Source: the human T2T-CHM13v2.0 reference genome, Homo sapiens
Direction: 5' to 3' (one strand)
NCBI RefSeq assembly: GCF_009914755.1
Contig: NC_060928.1
DNA: 64,000 nucleotides
A program made the translations under genes and the position numbers. Position 1 is the first letter of the stretch. Each line of letters starts with the position of its first letter. The notes beneath the pieces were generated by a model. That model made no database searches, was not told the origin of the DNA, and worked only from the letters and a program-made list of their open reading frames with translations. Shown in pieces: positions 52,490 to 64,000 of the stretch.

Positions 52490-54910
52490 TACATAATGGG
52501 GTAATTTAATTAATGTGAAAATTACCTTTTTACTTCTACTGGAAAGAACTTGAAAATCAACAAATACATGAAACAAATGCTTCCAGACGTCAGACAACAG
52601 AGAGTGCCAGAAGATGAACCCTAAAAAAAGAAAAACAGATGAGGTGAGCCCTGTGGTCACCTGACTTTGAGCCTGGAGACGCTTTAGACCCTGGTAAAGA
52701 GTGAGAAACCCATTGAGAGCAAAGAGATGTTGCTTAGTTAGGGAGGCAGAGGTTAGAGTTTGATAACTCAGAGATATTTGGAATTTGTGAAGCAGAGTAC
52801 ATAAATAGAGGGAACTAAACAAAGAAAGAACTGTAGAAAACTGCACAGAATTTCATATTATTCTGTTCCTGGGTATTAAGATATGTATGAGTAGCATGCA
52901 AATCTGTGAGTCCAGGCAGAGAATGACTCAGAAGCTCTTAGTGTTTCCAAAGCTTTTAAAGGACTCTAATATTTTCAAATTCTAACCAGCTGGACTAGGG
53001 AGTTCTCAGCGAATAACTGGGGGATTCAAAAGAGATTCAAGAAGGTAATGTTTTAATAGTAAAAATAAAGTAGCCCTAGAATAGAAGCTACTATATTAAA
53101 AGCCCTAGATTAAAAGCCAGTATAAACATGTTCTAGCAAACCTTAAGCACTTGCCTCAAATGGTTCAAGGTGACCCTAAGAAAAATTACCAGTAAGGACA
53201 AAGTTCAGCACTCTTTAAAATGGCAACAACATACAACACATGGCATAAATAATAAAAGAAAGCAAAATGTCCTTTAATCAAGCCAACAGACATGCCAACA
53301 AATAAAAAAATGAGATCTATAACTAGAAAAAAATTGTTGTAAGATCCAGAAATGTCAAAGATGAAGAATTTACAAACAAGAACATTAAAGTAGCTTTTAT
53401 AAGCATGCTCAAATATTTTTTAAAAGCATAGGCATAATGAGTATGAAATGAAGGATACATACAACAAACAAATACAACTTATTGAAATGCAAAATACATT
53501 GTCTAACGTACAAAATTTGCTAGATAAGATCAAAGAAGACTAGATACTGTAGAAAGAAAGCAAAATCATTGAATTTGAGGACAGAAATAGAAACTGTCCA
53601 AATGGAATCACGGGAAAAGAAGCAAATAAGAAATGAGTTTCAGAGAGCCAAACATCACAAGTAGTTCTGCTACATGCAACCAGATGCTTAGAGGAGTCCG
53701 GGATAATAAAAACACATTTGAAAACCTAATGGCCAAAATTTTCAATTTTATGAAAACAATAAATTTGAAGTTCAAGACAGTCAACAATTCCAAACTGTCA
53801 ATAAAACAACAAAATCCACGATACAAAATGTCACAATTAAATCACTGAAAACAGAAAAAGAGAAAATAGTAAAAGCAGACAACAATGATACATTTTGTAA
53901 AGAATAACAAAAGATAAAAATTATTCCAGATTTCTCCTCAGAAACCATATTAGCCTTTGGTGGGACAATTACAGAGATCTAGGTGGCTGTAGAAAATGTG
54001 AACTAATTTGGTTGCCTGTATCAGTCAACTCAACCTCATTGGCCTTTAAGGAACACTTTAATTAAACAACACAATGCATTTTTTTAAGTCAACCTGAACC
54101 CACTTACGAATATTAATCATATTTTTGCCATTAAAACACATATTTTTAAGTTTAAAAGAACTGAAATCATACAGAATATGTTCTTTGACCACAGCAGCGT
54201 TATCAGAAATTACTAACATTAAGATATTTGGAAAATTTTCTAACTCTTAGAAAACAAATACAACTATGAGTAATTCTCAGGTTAAAAAGATTTTATAACT
54301 GAAAATAGGAAATATCCTTAATTGAATGAAATTAAAAATGTTAATAAATACACAATATATCAAAATTTGAGTGATTCACCTTGTGTAATGTCTGGAAGTA
54401 AACTTGTATTTTTAAATGCTTAGAGTAGCAAAGAAGTTCTAAATCAATGGTCTAAGTTTCCATCTTAAAAACAAGAAAAAGAATAACCAACCCACAGTGT
54501 TGTGGAACAAAGACAAAATTGGAGGCGAATGTAAGAATAAACACATAATAAAAAGGTAAAGTTAATTTTATTTAATGTAATTTAAAAAATAAAACCAATG
54601 GTTAATGAGTCCTTAAAGACAAAGAATTAATACTTTTTCTAAATCAATAGAGATATAAAAGACATGTGTCATCAATAACAATAATAAAGGTACTTCACTA
54701 CAGGGACTACAGAAATTAAAATGATAATGAATAATACTATAAGAAGTTTATGCAAACAAATTCAAAAATTAGATACATGTGTAAATTCTTTGAAAGAAGG
54801 GTTACCAAAATTGATTCTAGAAGAAATATAGAATAAGAATAGCTCTATACGAATTAAAGAAATTGAATTGTCTTCCAAAAACCTTCCTACACAAAATATT
54901 AATTTTCAAA
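52490..54910 (+). mobile_element. Old L1MC/MD 5' region with ORF1 and ORF2 fragments
   Basis: 5'UTR-like gatgaggtgagccctgtggtcacctgac; ORF1-like ctaatggccaaaattttcaattttatgaaaac; ORF2-like gaaatcatacagaatatgttctttgaccacag. Confidence 0.75.
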
Positions 54911-55891
54911 ATGTCTTCTAATATTTTTATTTCTTGAGTAAATACTACTCACTTTAAGTAGACACAAGCATGTAACTATATGTCTTCTTATATATTGGAT
55001 CCAAGCATTTTTTCCTGATATACATCATATCTTAATAGATATTGCTATACATTTAGTTTTTATTTTATTAAATATAGCACATTACATTGAAATTTTAAAA
55101 ATTACATGTGCCCATGTGTTTTATTTTCTGTGACATATTCTCATATATATATATGAGTCACAATTTTTAAGTCAAAATTGGAATGATGGTTCTGATAAAT
55201 TCGCATACCACAGCTGTTTATTATTGAGATTTTGCCTTATCTCCATGGCTCATTTCATTTTCCAAAATCATTGAGGAGTGTCTACATGTGTGAGGCTGCT
55301 TTTGTAGAAGTTACTTTAGACTAGTACACCTTTTGTCATAAATGCAGTCCATCTTAATCTCTCTTTCTCTCACAGACTCTCAATCAATCTATTTATCTTG
55401 CTTGTACCCATTTTTCATTTATAATTCAATGCAAATCTCATCTCTTGGTATATTCTTTAACACCAACTGAAAATTTGATTTAGATGGTCTCTGATATATT
55501 TTTATTGCTTCCACAAATACTTTAACTGTGAGCCTGGCAAATTATGCTGAAATATTTGATTGACCTTTCCACCTCTTTGTTATATTATAATTACTTTTGG
55601 AATGTGGAAATATATTATTTTGTTTTTCCAACTTTATGGCTGATTACAGTGCTCCCTACAAGACATTTGAGAAATGTAAACCGAGTTACATGGAAATAAA
55701 CTAAATGGATAAATATTCTCTATCAACATTTATGACACGGCTGTTCTTCAAAATATGCTGAAGTTTTTGAGGGTACAGTCAAGGAAGAAACTATTCTAGC
55801 CCTTTCTTACTGCATCATTGCTCTGCAAGGGATTGGCCCTGTAATCCCATTGGATTTTTAGTTACAATGTTCACTTTTAAGACACTGTATT

Positions 55892-55997
55892 AAAATTTGT
55901 GTGATTCAGCTGAAGTAATGTCTGGAAGTAAACTTATATTTTTAAATACAGTAGCAAAGAAGTTCTAAATCAATGGTCTAAGATTTCATCTTAAAAA
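55892..55997 (+). repeat. Local copy of L1 segment 54362-54471
   Basis: Shared gtaatgtctggaagtaaactt(g/a)tatttttaaat and agtagcaaagaagttctaaatcaatggtctaag; flanked by an imperfect duplication of about 30 bp. Confidence 0.9.
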
Positions 55998-56150
55998 AAT
56001 AATGAATTTTTAGTTACAATGCTCAGTTTTTATTTAAGACTTGGCAAATGTCATTCTTACCTCATTTGCCTTATCTGTTATACTTTACAGTCTCCTCAAA
56101 AATTTTATTTTTGTTTTTTGAGCAAACTCACTTAGCTACTCACTCTTGAT

Positions 56151-56499
56151 CACGTGGTCCCCAAATTTTAATGATTCAGCTTACAAAATTTTCTTTAACA
56201 TGGTACATAAGTAATACATATTTAGTAGAAACCATACTTCAAGTACCGATACAAACATTATGTGTTTCATTTTCATAAATTATGTGAGATATTCAATACT
56301 ATATTAAAAAATGGGCTTTGTTTTAAGTGACTTTGACCAACTGTAGGCTATGTAATTATTTCAGCACATTAAAGTTAGGCTAAACTAAGCTATGATGTTC
56401 CCTAAGTTGGGTGTATTAAATGCACTTTTGACTTTCAGTATTTTGAACTTATGATGGGTTTATTGTATGTGACCTCAGAAATAAATCCAGGAACATCTG
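56151..56499 (-). mobile_element. MER47A-like (Tigger family) MITE
   Basis: ccaactgtaggcta...taggctaaactaagctatgatgttc...gtgtattaaatgcacttttgac...gaacatctg followed by TA. Confidence 0.85.
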
Positions 56500-57398
56500 T
56501 ACTTCTTTCATTATTCTGAGATATACTTCAGACTTACTTGTTTTGTCTTATCACATTTGGGGTGACTCTATTTTTATTTATGAGTACATACAACATCTCT
56601 CTGAGATCTCCTTGGTCATTGCTTCTATTTGATAAGTGATGATATTGTGGGAGAAATAGCCTGAAAGGGAGGGCACATCAGTTAGGATTCCCAAAATTTG
56701 TTTGCTGATTGTCTCCCACTAGGTGCACTCACATTTATTAAAGAAAAACGTTCCCACTCCTCCTTACACTTCAGTAGCTCTGGTATAACTGTTTCCTTAT
56801 AGAAGAAAGTTTTAGTTTACTTTGGAATACCTACCTCCTTCCCAAATAGTACAATCTTAACTTCTTTTCTCTATGGCACATATGTTAGAGACCTAACATT
56901 ACCACATTGAGAAAAGAGCACATGATAATAATTTAGATGTTGAAAGATAAACATACCTAAGTTTGGCAGATTGTAATTTTCTATTCTCTGGAGCCTAAAT
57001 TAAATCACTACATTTCCTTCAAAATGCTTTAGGTTGATGCAATACCAATATGAATTTTCTAATTGCTCATTATTACTGCTTAGTTCTTCCACTGAGGTGG
57101 AAGCATCATATTAAAGCATCATATTAATTGTTTAATATGATGACTCTTTTAGTCACAAAATACTGTGCAGCAATGTAAAAATCACCGATTTGTTAGAAAC
57201 TAATCAAGCAATAGCGACAGGTGAAAGGATTCCACAGTCTGTACTTTCAGGAATTAGCTGTCTTGCCTTGACAAAAGCTCTAGGTTGGATACTCATCTTA
57301 CCATATTAATAATCATATATGTATAGTAGAGTCTAATAATTTGTATGTAGCTTACCGAGATGTATTAACCATGTAGTTGTGAGTGTATCCATACATGT

Positions 57399-57993
57399 TG
57401 TTAAATTGAAATAAGTTTAGCCTAAATCTGCCTCTGTATCCAGGAAACTGTAATGTAACTTAATGTGTAAACAAACTGCGACCTAATCTGCGAGTATATT
57501 CTTTTTACAAGTATATTAAGTCCTCATTTAATGTAGTTTACAGGTTCTTGGAAACTGATTTTAGGTGAAATGACATAAAACCAGTTTTTATTTTCCTATT
57601 ACATTTATAAAAAACAAAATTGAATGGGACAACCTTATTCGAGGACCTCCTGTGTGTGCTTCTGCTATAAGGCACAGTTCCCAATAAGCTATGGAGGTTG
57701 TTAACTGGCACCTTACTGTAGCCAAATCTCAGCCAATCAGAACAGCTGAAACTTCAGCCAATCATAGACTGAAAGCTGTCAAAATATGTTCAAATTAAGC
57801 AAATGTCATACTGCATCCAATCAGGCTATTTCTGTACATCGTTTTCACTTCTCTGACTCTAAATATTGCCTGCACATATTGGAGGACAGAACTCTCTGAA
57901 CTGCTTTTGGTCCTGAGTGCAACCTGCTTCATGAATCTTTTCTTCTGCTTAAACTCTGCTAAATTTAACTTGCCTCAGGTCTTTTCTTTAACA
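57399..57993 (+). mobile_element. ERV1 solo LTR (MER57 family)
   Basis: TG...CA ends (tgttaaattgaaataagtttagcctaaa ... cttttctttaaca); perfect 4-bp TSD atgt at 57395-98 and 57994-97; three CCAAT boxes. Confidence 0.88.
57514..57718. mobile_element. MER82-like Tigger MITE (internally deleted) nested in the LTR
   Basis: taagtcctcatttaatgt...ggttcttggaaactg and ttattcgaggacct...ccttactg; TA at 57512-13 and 57719-20. Confidence 0.75.
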
Positions 57994-59052
57994 ATGTGTA
58001 ACTTTCTAATTACTGTAAAGTAAGATTTTAACAAAGATGACTTCTTTTTTCCAATAGGGAAATTCAGATATTTTCATTTTAGAATAATAATAAACATGTT
58101 TGAAAAGCAAAAGGGATTTCATTATATTTTTTACATTATACATTAATTTACATCTCAACAAGTCTCCTTAAATACAAGATGGACATAAAAGTCAATAGAA
58201 CTTTTTTTCTTTTCTAACTGAAGTGTGGATCAAAAAATAAAAATAAATAAATGAATAAAATAGAAATGAATTGCCTCTTTGTACATCAAACAAGTGAAAA
58301 TATTTTCTACTAATGTAAAAGGCAGTTGGGACATATGAAGATGAATTCAAAATACAAATTGAATTATATGTTTAAACAAGTAATCCTAGAGATTACTTGT
58401 TTAGAGAATTCCTAATTCACTTAAGACGTGTACTTTTCTAGGAATGATTTTTAACATTTTGGGGTTATCTGCTGAGCCACTCTCAAACATGTGAGTTGTT
58501 TTCCTAATAACTGTAATGAGTTGCAGTAATCCACTAATACTCTTTCAGACTCTTCAATGTTTCCTCAGTAAATGATTTTGGGAAGACATGTATGCAACAT
58601 CAGAAGTACTTTGGGGGATGGATTAGAATTTAATGTTGTCTGACATGGCTCTAAACCCATTAAGAATCATGTCCTGCCAATGGGTTTAACTGTAGGCAGG
58701 CATTCTCTAAAAACCCCAAACACCTGAATATCTTACTGTATTTGTTTTGTGTCTTAAGTAGTCAAATGTGTTACCTGTCAGTGTTTGCAATATGTTTGGT
58801 TAGTCTCTGGATCACCCTGTTTTCATCTCTTCTGCTGGTTTTTATTGATAGGTTTGCACAAAGACAATGTGTTGATGGGGTATCTAGTTCCTTTGGAAAC
58901 AGTAGATATTGTCACTTCAGCTCACTCTTTTCACTGAGTGAGTATGTAGAGTTATGTAGCCCTATATTTTTCAACTTCCCAAAATATTAAGCTCTTAAAT
59001 ATCCTTTTAAGATAAAGCAATCTGTTAGTCAACTGAGTGGACCCTTGAGCAG

Positions 59053-59427
59053 TGTATTAGTCTGGATCAATCACTGTTATTAAGAAATATCTGAGGCTGG
59101 GTAATTTATAAAAGAAAGTTTTAATTGACTCAGAGTTCCTCATGGCTTGAGAGGCCTCAGGAAACTTACATTTATGGTGGAAGGTAACAGAGAAGGAGGC
59201 ACCTTCTTCACAGAGTGGCAAGATGGAGTGACTGCAGGCAGGGGAAACACCAGATGCTTTTAAAGCCATCAGATCTCCTAAGACTCACTCACTATCACAA
59301 GAAAAGCATAGGGGAAACTGCCCTCATGATCCGATTACCTCCACCTGGTCCACCCGTTGACACATGGGGATTATGGGAATTATAATTCAAGATGATAGCT
59401 TGGGTGGAGGCAGAGCCAACCATATCA
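59053..59427 (-). mobile_element. THE1D-like MaLR solo LTR
   Basis: tgtattagtc...ttaattgactca...gccaaccatatca; perfect 5-bp TSD agcag at 59048-52 and 59428-32. Confidence 0.94.
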
Positions 59428-60489
59428 AGCAGTCCTAAGCTGTTTCTTTCTTCTCTATTTCTTATGTTCATTCATATGGTTCTGAACCATTGACAAACAT
59501 AAATAATTGCCCTCCTCTATTTATTTTCAGCCTGGCCACACCACAATTGGTATTTATCCTGGTGGCACAGGATGACTCTGCAAACTTCCGACATCAGAAG
59601 ACAACAGAGAAGAAACAATGATACTCTATTCTTATACAGCAAAAAATTCCAAGAGTCTTGGGACTCCATCTTCTCCCCATGATTTGAATGGTGATTTCAG
59701 AGTGGAACTGATGATTCAAGCTAATCAAATCCTCTTGCCTGAGATGTGGTCTCAAATTTTTCTTACAGACAAGCTTAATTTCAAGAATGATGACCTTAGG
59801 GAGCCCCTCCTTATGGAGCTTTGGGGGTAAGTAGTCCCACTCTTTTCCTTGCCAACTCTATCCAAAGGAAAATGCTTGCCCTATCAGCTGATAGAACTTT
59901 TTAAAAATTTTTCTTTTTTTAATCACATAAATTACCATACATCATCTTTACATGTATTTATTTATCATAGATGTATTGGCTTTATTTTCATAAAAATATA
60001 GTTTTGATGAGGGCATATATACTTTTTCAGACCTGTTTTCTGTTGCATCTCCAAAACTGTAAACAATAACTAAAATGTATAATTATTTGTTTTTTAAAAT
60101 AAGTTAAATTCATGAGTGAATATTCTCTAACAAGAATGTAAATGAGCAAGTTTTCTAGCTCAATCTATGAACTTAATGCTCTAAATTAAAAATCAGACTA
60201 ATTAAGTTAAGGTCCATCTTAACCTAATTCAGATTAAGGTTTAGGTCCTTTAAAAATCAGCTGGAAGAGAAGTATTTATAACTAAAAGAAAAAAAAATCA
60301 AACATTTGTTATCATTCAACGTGAGAGGTAGATGATATGCCAAATGACTGAATGGACAGTAAATGTTACAAAACTTCAGATTAGTGTGCAGATTGATATG
60401 AGATACAGGGTTCAGTGCAAAAAAAATAGAAAAGTTAGAACTTAATAGAGACCAACAAAGATGAGTAACATTATTTAGAAAGGTAAAAA

Positions 60490-62612
60490 GACAAACCCAC
60501 AGCCAATATCATACTTAATGGGGAAAAACTGGAAGCATTCCCTCGGAAAACAGGCACAAGACAAGGATGCCCTCTCTCACCACTCCTATTCAACATAGTA
60601 TTACAAGTTCTGGTCAGAGCAATCAGGCATGAGAAAAAAGTAAATGGTATTCAATTAGGAAAAGAGGAAGTCAAATTGTCTTTGTTTGCAGATGACATGA
60701 TTGTATATTTAGAAAACCCCATCATCTCAGCCTACGATCTCCTTAAGCTGATAAGCAACTTCAGCAAAGTCTCAGCATAAAAAATCAATGTGCAAAAATC
60801 ACAACCATTCCTATGCACCTATAACAGACAAAGAGCCAAATCATGAGTGAATTCCCATTCACAATTGCTACAAAGAGAATAAAGTACCTCGCAATACAAC
60901 TTAGAAGGGATGTGAAGGACCTCTTCAAGGAGAACTACAAACCACTGCTCAAGGAAATAAGAGAGGATACAAACAAATGGAAAAGTATTCCATGATCATG
61001 AAAAGGAAGAGTCAGTATCATAAAAATGGCTATACTGCCCAAAGTAATTTTTAGATTCAATGCTATCCTCATCAAGCTACCGTTGACTTTCTTCACAAAA
61101 TTGAAAAAAAAACTACTTTAAATTATTTATGGAACCAAAAAATAGCCCACATAGCCAAGACAATCCTAAGCAAAAAGAACAAAGCTGGGGCATCACTCTA
61201 CCTGACTTCAAACTATACTACAAGGCTACAGTAACAAAAACAGCATGGTACGGGTACCAAAACAGATATATAGACCAATGGAACACAACAGAGGCCTCAG
61301 AAATAACACCACATATCTACAACCATCTGATCTTTGACAAACCTGACAAAACCAGCAATGGAGAAATGATTCCCTATTTAATAAATGGTGTTGGGAAAAC
61401 TGGCTAGTCATACGCAGAGAGCTGAAACTGGATCCCTTCCTTACACTTTATACAAAAATTAACTCTAGATGGATTAAAGACTTAAATGTAAGACCTAAAA
61501 CCATAAAAATCCCAGAAAATACCTAGGCAATACCATTCAGGACATAGGCATGGGCAAAGACTTCATGACTAGAACACAAAAAGCAATGGCAACAAAAGCC
61601 AAAATAGACAAATGAGATCTGATTAAACTAAAGAGCTTCTGCACAGCAAAAGAAACTATCAACAGAGTGAACAGGCAGCCTACAGAATGAAACAAAATGC
61701 TTGCAATCTATTCATCTGACAGACAAAGGGCTAATATCCAGAATCGACAAAGAACTTAAACAAATTTACAAGAAGAAAACAACCCCATCAAAAAGTGGGT
61801 GAAGGATATGAACAGACACTTCTCAAAAGAAGACATTTATGCAGCCAACAAACATGAAAAAAAGCTTATCATCACTGATCATTAGAGAAATCAAAACCAC
61901 AATGAGATACCATCTCACTCCAGTAGAATGGCGATCATTGAAAAGTCAGGAAACAACAGATGCTGGAAAGGATGTGGAGAAATAGGAATGATTTACACTG
62001 TTGGTGGGAGTGTAAATTAGTTCAAACATTGTAGAAGACAGTGTGGCGACTCCTCAAGCATCTAGAACTAGAAATACCATTTGACCCAGCCATCCCATTA
62101 CTGAGTATATACCCAAAGGATTACAAATCATTCTACTATAAAGACACATGCACACATACGTTTATTGCGGCACTATTCACAATATCAAAGACTTGGAACC
62201 AAGCCAAATGCCCATCAATGATAGACTGGATAAAGAAAATGTGGCACATATACACCATGGAATACTATACAGCCATAAAAAAGGATGAGTTCATGTCCTT
62301 TGCAAGGACATGGATATCTCTGGAAACCATCATTCTCATCAAACCAACACAAGAACAGAAAATCAAATACCGCATGTTCTCACTCATAAATAGGAGTTGA
62401 ACAGTGAGAACACATGGACACAGGGAGGGGAACATCACACACTGGGGCCTGTCAGGCAGTGGGGACTAGGGGAGGGATAGCATTAGGAGAAATAGCTCAT
62501 GTAGATGATGGGTTGATGGGTGCAATAGACCACCATGTCACGTGTATAACTATGTAACAAATCTGCATGTTCTGCACATATACTCCAGAACTTAAAGTAT
62601 AATAATAATTTT
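60490..62612 (+). mobile_element. L1PA7-like LINE-1, 5'-truncated (2.1 kb)
   Basis: ORF2 C-terminal part (tttgcagatgacatg = FADD near 60685) with stops and frameshifts; L1PA7-type 3'UTR; TSD a(g/a)aaaggtaaaaaga at 60477-91 and 62613-27. Confidence 0.95.
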
Positions 62613-63429
62613 AAAAAGGTAAAAAGAAGAGGAAAACCACCACTTGAATATTTATAGTAGAGAAGAGCAACAATAAAACTTCTTCACTGACACAATAATT
62701 ATAAAATGTAAAATTGGTAGAATTTAATTAGAATATAAACAATTTGACTTAAGATATTTTATTGAGAAGAGCGATGTAAATAAAGATAGATCAACTGTTG
62801 CCAAAATAGTTGGCAAGAATAATATCAGTCTTAAAACTTTACTTTGTAGGCATAGAAAACTTTCCTGGTTTATCATTGCTAAATGGGTGCCTTTTGGAGT
62901 TATTTGGTAATTGACATTTACAGTTCTCCTTTTGTAGTCTATACCTTTGTTTATACCTAAGTTTAAATTGCTGAATCATTATCCTATTATTATTATTAAC
63001 TTACTTTATTTTTAATTAACATCTTAAATTTTTAATTAAAATTATTTTTTATTCAATTACTTATCAATAAATAGCTATATCATTTTCTTTGTATAGATTA
63101 TATAGATTGTTTTCCTCTCTTTGAAAATTTAAGTTTTTCCACAAAACCTTTCATCCTCATTTGCTGCCACACTCACCTTTTTCACATGTACCTTAATGAG
63201 TCTTTAATTAGATGATGAAATAACAACCAAAAAGGACATTTTACTTGAAACTGGAGCTCAATAGCCATTAGGCCTTGTAATATTTCCAACCCTCCTTCTT
63301 CATCTATCGTTTGTTTGCACTAGACAAAACTCCTAGCTGATATCAAATTTTGGTAGATTAACATACCCAATAACAACCACATATATTTGGTTTGGGTCAT
63401 CTACTTTATCCAAACCACTGTTACATATC

Positions 63430-63570
63430 ATATCTGAATTGACTCACACAGCAACCTATGAGTAAGGCAGAGCAATTGTTATTAACATCATTTTACCAAT
63501 AAGAGAATCAAGATTCTAAATATCCAAAGAAATTGCTTTTCAAAACCCACCTTCTTTAAACACACAAGCT
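63430..63570 (-). mobile_element. MIR fragment
   Basis: ctcacacagcaacctatgagtaaggcag...attaacatcattttaccaataagagaatcaagatt. Confidence 0.65.
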
Positions 63571-64000
63571 ATTTTAGTATAAATTATTCATTAATCAGTA
63601 ATATTCATAATTCTTCCATGTATTTAATTTTGAAATAAATATTAATGTAAAAATAGAAAAACATAACATTTTTAGATTTAGGAAATATTTTATATATGAA
63701 TTAAAATTTGCAAATTAAAATTTGATTCAATATTGATGTTTTTGGATAAAGTTTTCTTTACATGTACTCATTCTCACACCATCTATGTGGAAAAAAATTG
63801 CATGTATTTTATCTACACCATATATACACACACTCACACACACATAGAAACTCTAAATATATATATACACATATAACATATATACATACACACACTCATA
63901 TATTTTTAAAAATGACAGTGTTGTTATGAGGTAGAATTTAAATAACATGTTAGTAGAAGAAATCAATGAAAAGAGATATAATATAAGAAAATAAGTTTGT

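Noticed and set aside
61129-62400. ORFs of 92 and 119 aa with clear protein homology
   Set aside because: L1 ORF2 C-terminal fragments from a 5'-truncated, stop-containing L1PA copy.

Overview
AT-rich, CpG-poor primate (human-like) non-coding DNA, either intergenic or deep intronic. I find no credible protein-coding exon: the supplied ORFs are Alu, L1, LTR or mariner artefacts or chance ORFs. Much of the window is interspersed repeat: 10 Alus, several L1 copies (L1MA2/3-like, L1PA7-like, older L1M), L2/MIR relics, MaLR and ERV1 solo LTRs, several MITE-type DNA transposons, a full-length but dead Hsmar1 mariner, and a U6 snRNA retrocopy with an Alu inserted in its 3' end. The most unusual signal is a recurring class of small locally templated insertions (direct or inverted copies of nearby sequence, several bracketed by short duplications) at about 15.5, 29.6, 45.3, 55.9, 57.1 and 60.2 kb, resembling theta-mediated end-joining or template-switch scars. 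A few strong + strand splice-site pairs could belong to a lncRNA. I do not see evidence for a new enzymatic or genetic system. Subfamily names are recalled from consensus sequences by eye, and boundaries of old repeats are approximate.
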